From Mobula hypostoma (Eukaryota): a stretch of DNA of 64,000 nucleotides. Made by a program: the position numbers and the translations under genes. This document shows positions 23,701 to 38,099 of this stretch, in pieces (the first letter of the stretch is position 1; each line of letters starts with the position of its first letter). The stretch covers positions 129,706,001 to 129,770,000 of the forward strand of contig NC_086097.1 of the NCBI RefSeq assembly GCF_963921235.1, given 5' to 3'. Under the pieces are notes generated by a model, which worked only from the letters and a program-made list of their open reading frames with translations, made no database searches and was not told the DNA's origin.

Positions 23701-24789
23701 TGTGAGGAATGAATTGAGCACAGGCTTCCTCGAATTAACAGTCATTTGTTCTCCCCACTGTGGGTTGGGAAGTATCAGGCGTCCATTGGTTGGTACTTGT
23801 GGAACTGACTTTTTGTAAATGTGCCACAAGTGTAACAAGAAGGTGGTGGTGGTATTGCATGAGCTGCAGAAGAGGTGATAGAGGCATATGCAGATGCAAT
23901 TACAGCACCGAGAAGACATTTGGACAGGTACCTGGCTAGAAAAGGAGTGGAGAGATTCAGGCCTAATGCAGGTAAGAGTGATTAGCATAGGTAGGCATCA
24001 TGGTTGACACAGACAAAGTGGGCAGAAGGGCCTGTTTCTGTACAATATAACTCTATGTGCAAGGTCAAAACAATAACTATATCAGGCACTGTGGTGCTGT
24101 GGTTAGCGATGTTCCACAAAGTTCCACAAAGTCAGGTTCAATTCTGACTTCTGATTCTGCAACCAAAAGATATTGTAAACATTCAGCAGGCTAGACAGCG
24201 TCTGAAGGAAACCATTTCAGGTCAAATATCAGGAAAGGAACTATCCACTGTCTGACATGTTGAGTGTTTACAGCATTTTCTGTTTTACTGGAGGTAACTA
24301 GATCTCCCCAAGGAGATAATGAGATTGACGATCAGAGGTTTAAAGGAGAATGTTAGAGAGAGGGGTTGAGAAGTGAAGAGTGCAGGGAGGTAGCCCAGAA
24401 ACTCATTTTTGCGAATGCATTTTATGACTTTGGGACAACCTGAAGCACTTTGGACTCCTTTCTGAGGATTCATTAGCTATTGAAATGAAGAGACAGAGAA
24501 AGACCATTAAGAAATCCATGACAGATGAAATATAGTCATCACATTATTTGCTGTACTCAAGGTAACACTGAGGCTCGGCACTAATTTTTTGTTTGCTGAT
24601 GTCCTCTAAAAAGCCTTGGGTAGTTTTTGCTAATATACTTTTGCTCTGAGAGGAGTTCTGTGGGCAGATGGGACTAGCTCATGGGGCAACATTGCCTGCA
24701 TGGACAAGTTGGGCCATATGCCTCTATAAACAGCTGCAATTTTTGCAGATGCTCAGTGCTCTGGTCGAATATTTGGAACAGAGACTTAC

Positions 24790-25524
24790 CCTTTCCTCTT
24801 CCTGCCTTAGATCAGGCATGGTGCTGACGCAGAGACTTACTGTAGTGATTGTCACAAATAGAACTGAGAGGCAGGCGAAGATCTTTCCTGGGATTCCTGA
24901 ATCGGGATCTTCCACCATGTCCCTGAGCTTCTTCATGCAATAACCCAGCCGGGTCGTATCATCAAAGGCACCCTGTGGTTCTTCAGTAAGGAGCACTTCA
25001 AAATCCCTCTTGATCTCTTTAAAATCCTCCACCTTCTGGTAGAGTTTACGGCGACAACACCATTCCAGGTTTTCGTCCTCAATGCCCCAGTAAACTAGCT
25101 CCTCCTGAAAGGAGAGGGCACACATTTCTCTGAGGAGTCTGAGTTTCCCAGCTGTCAGGAACGTCATGATAGTTCTGAAGGCACAAGGATTGCGGTCAAA
25201 GAAAAATTCATTGTGGTTTACATCGTAATCGTCACAGATATTCATGATTTCCTCATAATTGCTGCATGCTTTCAGCTTGCCCAGGCGTGTCAGTGGGATC
25301 TGATCCAGTGTAGTCCATGGAATCTGATACTTATTGCCTCCAACATTGACGATAACAAAGGTTCTGTCATTGAGTTGGGCGATGCTATATGCATCCTCGT
25401 TGGGTTGAAGCAGTTTGGCTTGTTGGTAGTAAATCCCCTTCCTGGTGCAGTTTTCCACTTTCTCCAAGGTGCAGGTGAAGCTGCCGAGCTGTCGTTCAGA
25501 TTTGCCTTCAGCTAGAAGAGCCAT
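24790..25524 (-). CDS. KCNG2: Kv6.2 silent voltage-gated K+ channel subunit, coding exon 1 (T1/BTB domain and S1; 245 codons)
   Basis: ORF has the T1 motifs VIVNVGG...PLTRLGKL...DDYDV..NEFFFDRNP..F...MCALSFQEELVYWGI and S1 GKIFACLSVLFVTIT; ends LRQEEER followed by donor GTAAGT at 24789-24784 (phase 0). Confidence 0.93.
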
Positions 25525-25606
25525 TGCAATGTGATCTGCTCCAGGGATGGACCAGTCAGTTGACCATTGTCATGGTAAAAGACCCAATGAAGTAAAACTG
25601 CTGCAT
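25525..25606 (-). other. KCNG2: Putative 5'UTR part of the first coding exon of KCNG2
   Basis: Pyrimidine-rich acceptor ttgttttaacctctttgttttgcttattacAG ending at 25607 on the minus strand, 82 nt upstream of the ATG. Confidence 0.6.
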
Positions 25607-25669
25607 CTGTAATAAGCAAAACAAAGAGGTTAAAACAACAAAACCATGATAATCCATGTAATAGTAACA

Positions 25670-26020
25670 TAGAATAGAACATTGGACAGGTCCTTTGGCC
25701 CATCTGCACCGAACTTGATGCAAAAACAAGCTAATTGCCTTCTGCCTGCATACAATCCATATCCCCCCGCCCCCATTCCTTGCATATCCATGTGTCTGTT
25801 CAAGAGCCTCTTAAATGCCACTACTGTATCCGTATCCACTGCTAACCCTAGCAGTCCCTTCCAGGCATCTATTGTTTTCTGTGTAAAAAATAGTCTTGCA
25901 CATCTCCTTTAAACTTTCTTCCTCTCTTTAAATTAATGTCCTCCAGTGTTTAATACTTCTACCCTGGGAGAAAGATTCTGACTGCCTACCCTATCTTTGC
26001 CTCTCATAATTTTATAAATG
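25670..26020 (-). mobile_element. CR1 3' fragment just upstream of the KCNG2 exon
   Basis: VVAFKRLLNRHMD motif and CR1-type 3' tail. Confidence 0.65.
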
Positions 26021-28639
26021 AAGTATAAGACGCACTCTCTTGAAGCACTAGATGGAGTAAGTCGCGTTTTGGCTTTGCTCTGTCCATTTTTCAATCCTTT
26101 TACCATCCGTTTATTATTTATAATAAAGTGTTTATAACATGCTTGAATTTTGATTTTTAATTGCTGGAAATGGCAACCAGAGGGAAAAAGGCATTAACCG
26201 AAGGCAAGGAAGGTGATAATGGAAATGGAGGGGAAGGCGGCGATCCTAAACAGTCTAAACAGGCTCAACTCACTTTGGGAGCTATATCAAAGCTCTTGGA
26301 TGATATATCTGATAAAAGATTTTCTACTTTGGAAATACTGTTAAAAGAGATCGAAGGTAAACTGGGAGCACTTGAACGTGAGAATGAAAAACAACAACGG
26401 CTAATTTCCGAACTTGATGAAGCTGGCAGACAAAGGGACCGTAGATTGGATTCGCTGGATAAGAAATTAATTTTGACCACTCAAACACTGGAACAGTATA
26501 AAGTCAAGATTATTGACTTGGAAAGCTGCAGTTGTAGACAGAATTTGCCGATTATAGGACATTGTGAAGACGTGGAGATTGGCAACCTTACCAAGTTCTT
26601 TGCTCAATTTTTAAAGGATGTGTTCGGTTCTGAAGTTTTTTCTACTCCCCCTATACTTGATCACGCGCACCGGGTGCTGAGGGCAAAACCCCCGAAAGAA
26701 CTGAAACCCTGACCTGTTGTACTTCGATTTCACTATGTGTATACCAAGGAGTATTTAATTCGAGTTGCCCGTTGTAAAGGGGTTATTGAATACGGAGATC
26801 TCAAATTTCGTCTGGAGTTAATGCAAGAGAGATCCCTTTTTAAGTCAGTGATGTCGGAGCTATATGAAAGGAAGTATCAACCTGCTCTATTACTTCCAGC
26901 TCATCTAATGGTTGTTTTGCCTGATAAATCACGTAAATGGTTTAAATCCGTGGATGAAGCTTGTCAATTCCTTGATGATCAAGGTTCGATTTTAGCTGTC
27001 TAATAAATTTACTGTCTCTTCATGCTTGAATGCAGTTGCTTATAAGTTAATAACCAATGTGTAGATTTGGACCTTTAAAGTTTGAAAAACTCTGTCCTTG
27101 GTTTGATTATACCTGTACTTTGTTTTTGGAATATAGAGGTTTATCATGCTTTGATGTTAAGGTTTTTCCCCCTTTTTTATTTTATGTTGTTCTTTTTAAC
27201 TGTTCGTTTTTGAAAATAATTAATATTCTGATTTGGTGACTGATTGTTTTTTTTGATATATAAATAAGGTTGTATTCTGATTCACTTTTCAAGATCTCAC
27301 CTTTCAAAATGTTTTGCAAAATGGCTGCTTTTTAAAATATTTGTTTAGTTCTTTTCATGGTATTGTCCTCCCAATATTTTGTCTATGAGTGGTATTTTAC
27401 ATTCTTTTCATTTGGATATATGGCTTCAGGAGAGATAAGGGTAGGGCAGTTTTTAGTTAGCTTTCTGGTTGTTTATTGGCCAGTTTTGTTTTTGGGCTTT
27501 GGTGGGTGGGGGATGGGATTACTTTTAGCTTAGTTTTTTTCATCTGGGCTGATCTGAAACTACAAATATGTCTGAATTATCATAACTTCCACTCCCTCTT
27601 TAAACTTTTTTCCCTCTTCCTGAGTCATGGAGTTTCCTATGCAGTAAGGTTAACTCTTTACATACCATGGTTTGAACCATCTGCTTAAACAGAAGAAGAT
27701 TTTTAAAGTTTTTCATTTTCATTTTTAAATCATTTTTATTAATTATTGAAGATCAACAAAAAATACATTAAAGTAATCAAGTCGATCTGTCAATATGTAC
27801 AATGAGGAATTAAATTACCAAATAACTGATTAATGAAGCTAAACAATATATCAATAATATACAAAAAAATAAAGTATTAAGAATATTTTCGGAAAAAAGA
27901 AAGAAGGAAAAAAAAACCCTGCTAACAAAAAAACTGAAAAGAAAAAAACCATTGGGAGCACAATCCTGGAGCTATATGCCATACAAGCTTCCATAAAAGA
28001 AAAACATCAATCCGCCAACTCAAATCCATTTAAACAAGAATCAGAAGGAAACCATCTTAATTAACTCAAATTATATGATAGTAACGGGCAAAAGAACTCC
28101 AAATTTCTCAAGATCAAATCGAGGATCAAAAGTTTGACTTCTGATTTTCTCCAAACTAAGACATAGCATCACCTGAGAAAATTACTGTATCAAAGTGGGA
28201 GCAGAGGCATCTTTCCATTTCAGTAAAATAGCCCTTCTGGCCAATAATATAACAAATGCAATTACATGTTGGTCTGATTTAGAAATACCATGACTATATT
28301 GAGGGGTTATACCGAACAAAACAGTCAATTTATTAGGTTGTAAATTAATTTTTAAAGCCTTGGAAATTATAGAGAAAATAGATTTCCAAAACCGTTTCAA
28401 TATAGAACACAACCAAAACATGTGTCAATGTAGCTGTCTCAGTTTTACATTTATCACACTGACTATCAATATTAGGAAATATTTTAGGCAGTCTCTCCTT
28501 TGTCAAATAGTAAAGATGTACAATTTTAAATTGAATTAGAGTGACTGGCATAAATCGAAGAAGAGTTAACCAACTTCAAAATTCGCAAACAATCCTCTGT
28601 TATCAAGGTCATGTTAAGCTCTCTTTCTCAATCTTGCTT

Positions 28640-29365
28640 AAAGAGGGAGGAAAGATGACGGCGCGATGCAGCGCGCGTGGCCTCTCCGGTGAATGATATC
28701 ATATTTGTAAGTAGGATGCTGTGTACAATTCTGATTTGATGGAGACAGACGTGAGAAGCACGGAGGGACATCTGGAGAAACTTCTGAAATGCCCGGTTCG
28801 CCGCCGCTGCTACTGTGCAATCGAGAATCTCCGGAGGGTAAGGCCCCAAATCCTTGGCTTTGCCTGTTGTTGGCGGCCGGGGCTGGGGTCGAAGCGCTCG
28901 GCAGAGATGGTGCTCGGTGTCGGAGGCTCGAAGTTTATGGACGGACTCAGAGCCAGACTGTAGCCGGGTGCTTGATGCTGTATCAGCAAATTTGCTGTGC
29001 AGGAAGCTCATGGCAGGGAGAGTTTCCTTCCTTTTGCTGTCTGCGTGAGATGATGGGGCTTTCAAGAGACGTTGAGACTTTTTTTTACTGTGCCCATGCT
29101 CTGTTCTTCATCAAATTAAGGTATTCCTTGCACTGTTGTAACTATATGTTATAATTATGGCAACATACATCAAAGTTGCTTGAATTTCCAGCATCTGCAG
29201 AATTCCTGTTGTTTGTGTTATAATTATGTGTTTTTTGTCAGTTTTTCAGTCTTGGTCTGCCTTGTGTTTCTGTGATATCACACTGGAGGAACATTGTATC
29301 ATTTCTTAATGCATACATTACTAAATAACAATAAAAGAGGACTGTGTGTCCTCATAAACTAATCT
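28640..29365 (+). mobile_element. Non-autonomous LINE-derived element inside L1-B, itself carrying a small Penelope pLTR piece (about 29160-29215)
   Basis: CpG-rich head and aataaaagaggactg...ctaatct tail; inner piece flanked by duplicated tgttataattatg. Confidence 0.6.
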
Positions 29366-29574
29366 GAAAAAAACTTAAGTTAAGGGTAATTGTACTGTTG
29401 TAACAGTAAATTATAAGCTTTCCCAATAAAACATTTCACTAAAGGATTCATTTTTAAAATAATGTCTAACAGGTCAGAATCCTGTATATATGGAAAATTA
29501 CTTAAATATTCTTGTCAGAAATGTCTGACCTGAAGATATTGCAAGAAATGTGAGTATGAGAGAGAGTATTTAGC

Positions 29575-32500
29575 CAATAGACAATAGGTGCAGGAGTAGG
29601 CTATTCGGCCCTTCGAGCCAGCACCGCCATTCACTGTGATCATGGCTGATCATCCACTATCAGTATCCAGTTCCTGCCTTATCCACATAACCTTTGATTC
29701 CACTATCTTTAAGAGCTCTATCCATATCTTTTTTGAAAGCATCCAGAGACTTGGCCTCCACAGCCTTCTGGGGCAGAGCATTCCATATATCCACCACTCT
29801 CTAAGTGAAAAAGTTTTTCCTCAACTCCATTCTAAATGGCCTACCCCTAATTCTTAAACTGTGGCCTCTGGTTCTGGACTCACCCATCATCAGGAACATG
29901 CTTCCTGCCTGCAGCGTGTCCAATTCCTTAATAATCTTATATGTTTCAATAAGATCCCCTCTCAGCCTTCTAAATTCCAGAGTATACAAGTCCAGTCACT
30001 CCAATCTTTCGACATATGACAGTCTCGCCATCCTGGGAATTAACCTTGTGAACCTACGCTGCACTCTCTCAATAGTAAGAATGTCCTTCCTCAAATTTGG
30101 AGACCAAAACTGCACACAGAACTCCAGGTGTGGTCTCACCAGGGCCTTGTACAGCTGCAGAAGGACCTCTTTGCTCTTATACTCAATTCCCCTTGTTATG
30201 AAGGCCAGCATGCCATTAGCTTTCTTCACTGCCTGCTGTACTTGCATGCTTGCTTTCAGTGACAGATGTACAAGAACACCTAGATCTCGTTGTGCTTCCC
30301 CTTTTCCTAACTTGACTCCATTTGGATAATAATCTGCCTTCCCGTTCTTACCACCAAAGTGGATAACCTCACATTTATCCACATTAAACTGCATCTGCCA
30401 TGCATCTGCCCACTCACCCAGCCTGTCCAAGTCACCCTGCATTCTCATAACATCCTCCTCACATTTCACACTGCCACCCAGCTTTGTGTCATCAGCAAAT
30501 TTGCTAATGTTACTTTCAATTCCCTCATCTAAATCATTAATATATATTGTAAACAGCTGCGGTCCCAGCACTGAACCCTGCGGTACCCCACTGGTCACCG
30601 CCTGCCATTCCGAAAGGGACACGTTAATCGCTACTTTTAGTTTTCTGTCAGCCAGCCAATTTTCAATCCATGTCAGTACTCTGCCCCCAATACCATGTGC
30701 CCTGATTTTGGCCCACTAATCTCCTATGTGGGACTTTATCAAGGGATTTCTGAAAGTCCAGGTACACTACATCCACTGGCTCTCCCTTGTCCATTCTCAT
30801 AATTACATCCTCAAAAAATTCCAGAAGATTAGTCAAGCACGATTTCCCCTTTGTAAATCCATGCTGACTCGGACCAATCCTGTTACTACTATCCAGATGT
30901 GTCGTAATTTCATCTTTTATAATTGACTCCAGCATCTTTCCCACCACCGACGTCAGGCTAACTGGTCTATAATTCCCTGTTTTCTCTCTTCCTCCCTTCT
31001 TGAAGAGAGGAACAACATTAGCCACCCTCCAATCCACAGGAACTGATCCTGAATCTATAGAACATTGGAAAATGATTACCAATGCGTCCACGATTTCTAA
31101 AGCCACCTCCTTAAGTACCCTGGGATGCAGACCATCAGGTCCCGGGGACTTATCAGCCTTCAGACCCAACAGCCTATCCAACACCATTTCCTGCCTAATA
31201 TAAATTTCCTTCAATTCATCCATTACCCTAGGTCCTTTGGCCACTATCACATCTGGGAGATTGTTTGTGTCTTCCCTAGTGAAGACAGATGCAAAGTACC
31301 TGTTCAACCTGTCTGCCATTTCCTTGTTCCCCATAATAAATTCACCTGCTTCTGTCTTCAAGGGCCCAATTTTGGTCTTAACTATTTTTTTCCTTTTCAC
31401 ATACCTAAAGAAGCTTTCACTATCCTCCTTTATATTCTTGGCTAGTTTACCTTCGTACCTCATTTTTTCTCCGCGTATTGCCTTTTTAGTTACCTTCAGT
31501 TGCTGTTTCAAAGTTTCCCAATCTTCCGGCTTCCCACTCATCTTTGCTTTGTTATACTTCTTCTCTTTTATTTTTATACTGTCCATTACTTCCCTTGTCA
31601 GCCACGGCCTCCCCTTACTCCCCTTAGGATCCTGCTTCCTCTTTGGAATGAACTGATCCTGCACCTTCTGCATTATTCCCAGAAACACTTGCCATTGCTG
31701 TTCCACTGTCATCCCTGCTAGGGTATTGTTCCATTGAACTTTGGCCAGCTCCTCCCTCATAGCACCATAGTTCCCTTTGTTCAACTGTAATACTGACACT
31801 TCTGAGTTTCCCTTCTCCCTCTCAAATTGTAGATTAAAACTTATCATACTATGGTTACTACCTCCTAATGGCTCCTTTACCTCGAGAACCCTGATCAAAT
31901 CCGGTTCATTGCACAACACTAAATCTAGAATTGTGTTCTCTCTGGTAGGCTCCAGTACAAGCTGTTCTAAGAATCCATCTCGGAGGGACTCCACAATCTC
32001 CCTTTCTTGGGGTCCAGTACCAACCTGATTCCTCCAGTCTACCTGCATGTTGAAATCCCCCATAACAACTGTAGCATTACCTTTGCGACATGCCAATTTT
32101 AACTCTTGATTCAACTTACACCCTACATCCAGACTACTGTTTGGGGGCCTGTAGGTAACTCCCATTAGGGTCTTTCTACCCTTAGATTTTCTCAGTTCTA
32201 TCAATACTGACTCTACGTCTCCTGATTCTATGTCCCCCCTCGCAAGGGACTAAATATCATTCCTCACCAACAGAGCCACCCCACCCCCTCTGCCCCTCAG
32301 TCTGTCCTTTCGATAGGACGTATACCCTTAAATATTCGTTTCCCAGGCCCTGTCCACTTGAAGCCATGTCTCTGTTATTCCCACAACACCATACTTACCA
32401 ATTTCCAGCTGTGCCTCAAGCTTATCCACTTTATTTCTTATAGTCCGTGCATCCATATACAATACTTTTAATTCATTACTCCCCTCACCTCCCATATCAA

Positions 32501-33103
32501 TTTCTATTTCACTTGGCCATACTGTACGATCCCTTCTTGAGCTTTCTGTTCTGTTGATTCTGCTGTCTTTCTTAACTTCTCTTATTCTCACTTTCCCTTT
32601 ATCTCCATCCTTATAATTCCAGTTCATCCCCTCCCCCCCCCCACTACTTAGTTTAAACACACCTGTGTTGCAGAGGCAAACCTGCCTGCCAGAATGCTGA
32701 TGCCCCGCTTATTAAGGTGCAACCCGTCCCTTTTGTACAATTCATCCTTACCCCGAAACATACCCCAGTGGTCCAAGAATGTAAATCCTTGCTTCCTGCA
32801 CCAGTTCCTCAGCCACACATTCAAATCCATTATCTCCCTGTTCTTGACCACTCCAGCACGGGGATCCGGAAGCAAACCGGAGATAACCACCCTGGAAGTC
32901 CTGCTTTTGAGCCTTCTTCCGAGTTCTCTGAAGTCGCGCTGTAGAATGTCTTTCCTCTTCTTTCCCACGTCATTTGTGCCGACATGCACCACCATTTCCG
33001 GATGTTCACCTTCACTCTTGAGGATTCCCTGCAATCGGTCCGTGTCATCCTGGATCCCGGCACCAGGGAGGCAGCACACCATCCTTAAATCTCGCCTGTT
33101 GCC
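29575..33103 (-). mobile_element. CR1 LINE (ORF1 esterase part plus ORF2 EN/RT) nested in L1-B
   Basis: SGNH-esterase ORF1 (VVHVGTND, DGLHLN; 32648-33103); EN/RT ORFs 32328-32660, 30663-32204, 29996-30622 (GVPQGSVLGP, FADDTK). Confidence 0.95.
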
Positions 33104-36100
33104 ATAGAAAGTTACTAATTTCTCAAAAGACATCAATTGGCCTTCTTGGAACAGATCCATGAAGGAACAGACTCCTTTATTCCTCCAAAAAAAAGGTAGG
33201 ATCACTTAATGAAGGTTTAAGTAAATAATTTCGATAAGCTAAACAAAGAAGGTTAAATTTTTTGAGATTAAAAAAATTACAAAACTGGTACCAAATTTGT
33301 AATGACTGCTTAATCATAGGATATAAATTTAGATTAGAAATTTTGGCCAGTTGTACAGGTAAAGAAGCTCCTAATAACGAGGTTAAGTAACATTGTTTCA
33401 CAGCTTTCAATTCCAAATCAGCCCAAGGTGGTCATTCATTTTTATCAACCCAATATAACCGGGAACACATATAACATATATTAACAGCCCAAAAGTACAT
33501 TCTTAAATTAGGCAGAGCAAGACCTCCATTCTTTTTTAATTTTTGTAAATGATATTTTCCAATTCTTGGTCTTTTATTATTCCAAACAAAAGATGAAATA
33601 ATAGAATCAACCTGATCAAGAAACTTATTAGTTAAAAAAATAGGAATATTTTGAAATACATATAAAAATTTTGGTAAAATTATCATTTTAACTGCATGAA
33701 TTCGGCCAGCTAATGAAAGTGTAAGTGGATTCCATCTACAAAATAATTGCTTCATGAAATCCACTAAAGGAATCAAATTAGCTCTATAAAGGTCTCTGTG
33801 ATTTTTAGTGATAATTATACCTAAATATTTAAAAGAGTCCGTAACCTTAAAAGGAATGTCAACATTTATAGAAGCAGAATCATTTAGAGGAAATAATTCA
33901 CCTTTATGAAGGTTTAATTTATACCCTGAAAACTTTCCAAATTAATTTAATAATTTCAATAAACTCAGAATGGATTCTTCAGGATTCGAAACATAAACTA
34001 AGATATCAGCAGCATGAAGGGAGATCTTATGAATAGTCCCATTTATGGAAATTCCATGGATATCTTTAGCTTCATGAAGTGCAATGGCCAAGGGTTCCAA
34101 CACCAAATTAAATAACAGAGGACTTAACAAACATCCTTTTAAGTTTTCCAAAGATTGAATGCTCAGGTTATCTCTGCCCAGGAGACTAATGTAGGGAAGG
34201 AGGATAATCAGTACTTTTTTTAGGTTTTGGAAGGAACAAAAGTTTAATTCGAACTTACAATCTAAGGTAAAAGGAGTCTCTAGTTTTATAGGCTACTCGA
34301 TTTCATTTGTTCATTATAAAACAATTTCAGACCCGAATGGTAGATTTCTGATAATTACTGGTTTACTTTATAACCAAAAAGTTGTTCTGGCTAATATTTA
34401 TGTACCAAATACCGACTATCCTGAATTTTTCAAGCATTTATTTGCATCTCTTCCTAATTTAAATGAATATAAGTTGATAATGGGTGGAGATTTTAACTGT
34501 TGCTTGAATCCCTCGATGGACAGGTCTGCACCCAATCAGGTACCTCCAAACAAATCCACTATTTTTGTTAATTCCTTTTTAGTTGACTTCGGAATTTTAG
34601 ATGTTTGGAGATTTTTAAATCTTAATGATAAAGAGTTCTCAATTTTTCCTCATGTATATCATAATTACTCTAGAATTGATTTCTTTTTTTATCGACTCTC
34701 GTTTAGTTTTGTCTGTTATTCCCTGTGAGTATGATACAATCGCCGTCTCTGATCATGCGCCTTTGAAACTATCAATTAAATTAGCCGATGTTAATTTATT
34801 CCAGTGCTAGACAATGGTGGTTCAATTCCTTTCTGCTTCAGGATCTAAACTTTGTCAACTTTATTAAAGAACAGATTGCCTTTTTCTTTTCAACTAATTT
34901 TACGGAAGAAATTTCCAGTGGGATCTTATGGGACACTTTTAAAGTATATATTCACGGGCAAATTATTTCATATCCTGCTGGATTGAAAAAACAAATTAAT
35001 AATGAGATACGTACATTGGTTGATAAGATTAAAGAAATTGATTTAAAAATATTCTGTAGCACCTAATCTGGAGCTTTATAAAAAGAGAGTTGAACTTCAG
35101 ATGCAACACAATTTGTTATTAACTTCCCCAATTGAAAATCAGTTACTTAAAACTAAGAGCCAATTTCATATACATGGTGATAAATCGGGTAAGTTACTGG
35201 TCAACCAATTGAAAGCCACTTCGGCTAAACATCTGATTAGTAAATTTTGTAAACGAGATGGTATTTTAATGGTTCATCATGACGAAATCAATAAATCTTT
35301 CAAAGAATTCTATACCACTTCATATCAATCAGAACTTCCTGAAGACTCTACCATAATGCATGAATTTTTAAGGAAATTGAATATTCCGAAATTACCACTT
35401 AATGAATGTTTGGCACTAGATGCACCCATTATAGAAAAAGAAATTAAGAAAGCAATTTTTTCGATGAAATCTGGTAAAGCACCGGGTTTGGATGGATATA
35501 CAGTAGAATTTTTAAAATCCTTTTCAAATTTACTTTCCCCTTGGCTATGTAGAATTTTCAAGGATGCCTTATTTGTAAGTAAGTTACCACAATCCTTTTA
35601 CAAAGCATCCATTTCTTTAATTCCTAAAAGAGATAAAGACCCCACTGATTGTGCATCATATAGACCTCTATCTTTGTCGAATGTAGATTCCAAATTTTTT
35701 TTCTAAAATATTAGCAAATAGATTGGAAAATGCACTGCCACAAATCATCTCTGATGACTAGACAGGATTTATTATAAACAGTTTTTCGCATTTTAATGTC
35801 AGGAGGTTAATGAACATTGTATGTCCTTCATCTAAAATTCCAGAATGTGTTATTTCACTTGACGCCGTTTGATAGTTACTTATTCAATGTGCTTGAGAAA
35901 TTTAACTTTATCCCAAAATTTTTATCTGGATTAAATTGATATATCATACATCTTTGGCTTCTGTATTTACCAATAATCAGAGATCTCCCCCTTTTTTTAG
36001 GCTTTTTAGAGGCACTAGACAGGGCTGTCCTTTGCGCCCTTTATTATTTGATATAGCCTTGGAGCCCTTGGCAATTGCTCTTCGTAATTCACCCAGTATA

Positions 36101-38099
36101 TTTGGAATTATTCGTGGGAATGGGATGCATAAGGCATCACAATATGCAGATGACCTGGTACTATAACTCAGAGAAATCCATCCCTGTAGTGATATCACTA
36201 CTTGCTCAGTTTAGTAGTTTTTCTGGTTATAAATTGAATCTTAATAAGAGTGAGTTGTTTCCATTAAATATGCAAGTTCCAATCTATAGACAATCACCAT
36301 TTAGATTAGTCACTGATTATTTTACCTATTTGGGTGTCAAAATTACTAAAAAGCATAAAGATCTATTTAAAGATAACTTTTTACCATTAATTGATCATGT
36401 TAAACAATTGTTCACTAAATGGTCCCCATTGTCCTTATCACTGATTGGTCAAATTAATCCTATTAAAATGACTGTTTTACCTAAATTTCTGTATCTATTT
36501 CAGGTGGTACCAATTTTTATTTCTAAACCCTTTTTTGATATTATTAATTCTAAAATCTCTTCATATATATGGCAGAATAAAAATCCTAGATTAAGTAAGA
36601 AATATTTACAGAAATCAAAAAAGGACGGTGGTTTGGCATTGCCGAAATATAGATTCTACCATTGGGCAATTAATATTCGATATCTAATGTTTTGGACGCA
36701 AGATTGGGATGAAATTCAACGTCCACGATGGGTGAACCTTGAGGGTGAGTCTGTGCGGGGGTTCTCATTGGCTTCTATTTTTGGAGCTTTGCTTCGCTTT
36801 GCATTAATTAAATTGAATAAACAAACGATTAATCCAATAAATAAACATACAATACGAATATGGTATCAATTTCGTAAATTTTTTGGAATGAATAAATTTA
36901 TCCTGTCTAGTCCTATTATATCTATTTTTTTTCTTTCAACCATCTAGTATTGATCAAGCTTTCTTTTTATGGAAAACGAAGGGAATAGTATGTTTTTGTG
37001 ACTTATTCGCAGATAATTGTTTCATGTCATTTGAACAGTTATCTAATAAATATAATTTGCCTAGTTCACATTTTTTCAGATATTTATAGATTAGAAATTT
37101 TTTGAATGTTATTTCACCTTCTTTTCCGATACCACATCAAACTGATATTACAGAAAAAATTCTAGGTTTATACCCCTATCAGAAGCATTTAATAACAATT
37201 GTTTATGACTTAATTACAAAAATATGTCCAGGTACATCGGATAAAATAAAGAATGAATGGGAAAGAGAACTTCAGGTATCCTTACCTATGAGAAATGGGA
37301 GAAAATTCTCCAACTAGTTAATACTACTTCAATGTGTGCTAGACATGCTTTGATACAATTTAAAATAGTTTATAGGGCCCATATGTCCAAGGATAAATTA
37401 GCTCGTTTTTATCGCCATATAAATCCTGTTTGTAACAGATGTAATTCTGAAGTAGCCTCTTTGACACATATGTTTTGGTCTTGCCCTCTCTTGGATAAAT
37501 ATTAGAAAGACACGTTTGATATTATTTCAGTAGATTTGCGTATTAATTTAAAACCTCACCCTATTACTGCAATCTTTGGATTACCAGTGATAGATGCTAG
37601 TCATTAATCCCCTTCAGCTTGCCTTTTGATTGAATTTGTTACATTAATAGCCAGAAGATCTATTTTATTTAAATGGAAAGATTCTGATCCACCTACTACA
37701 TTTCCATGGTTTTCCCAAACTATAACATTTTTAAACTTGGAAAAAATTAGGAGTGAGACTATTGACCCTTCGGTTAAATTTGAAGAAACCTGGAAGCCAT
37801 TTATTCAACATTTTCATATGATGTAAGCTGGCCCTTTCTGAATCCTTTTCAACAACCTTTTGTTTATGTATAGAGGAGCAGACTTAATAACAAACAATGA
37901 TTGTAACCGATGGAACATGACAGCCCAGTCTTTGTTTTGTTTTGTTCTGTTTTTGTTTTTTTTTAGTTTAGGGGGTTTCTTGCTTAAAAATTCTTTTTCA
38001 CGCTAATTATTAAGAGTACATATCTTACTCTTTGTATCATCATTATTATTGTTATGCTTATTAATCCAAAACTTAATAAAAAGATTGAAAAAGAAAGAA

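Larger units (their letters stand above)
27712..34136 (-). mobile_element. 5'-truncated L1 (copy B) inserted antisense into the EN domain of L1 copy A
   Basis: GCLLSPLLFNL (33942-34151), LSLAGRIHAVKMIILPKFLY (33432-33776), CDKCKTETATLTH (28345-28551); aagtttt repeated at both junctions. Confidence 0.88.

Noticed and set aside
24724..24789. C-terminal extension VSLCSKYS... of the 266-aa ORF
   Set aside because: Intron read-through past the GTAAGT donor at 24789.
11730..25524. KCNG1 or KCNG4 assignment
   Set aside because: Diagnostic S1-S2 loop, S2 and turret segments match KCNG2 better; synteny (CTDP1, SLC66A2) cannot be seen in this window.
28640..29050. CpG island promoter
   Set aside because: Lies within a nested retroelement.
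29805..33107. Long plus-strand ORFs (also 57210-57725, 58216-58610)
   Set aside because: Antisense shadow frames of CR1 ORFs.
32648..33205. Host SGNH esterase or fusion gene
   Set aside because: Chance in-frame join of L1 ORF2 and CR1 ORF1 at an insertion junction.
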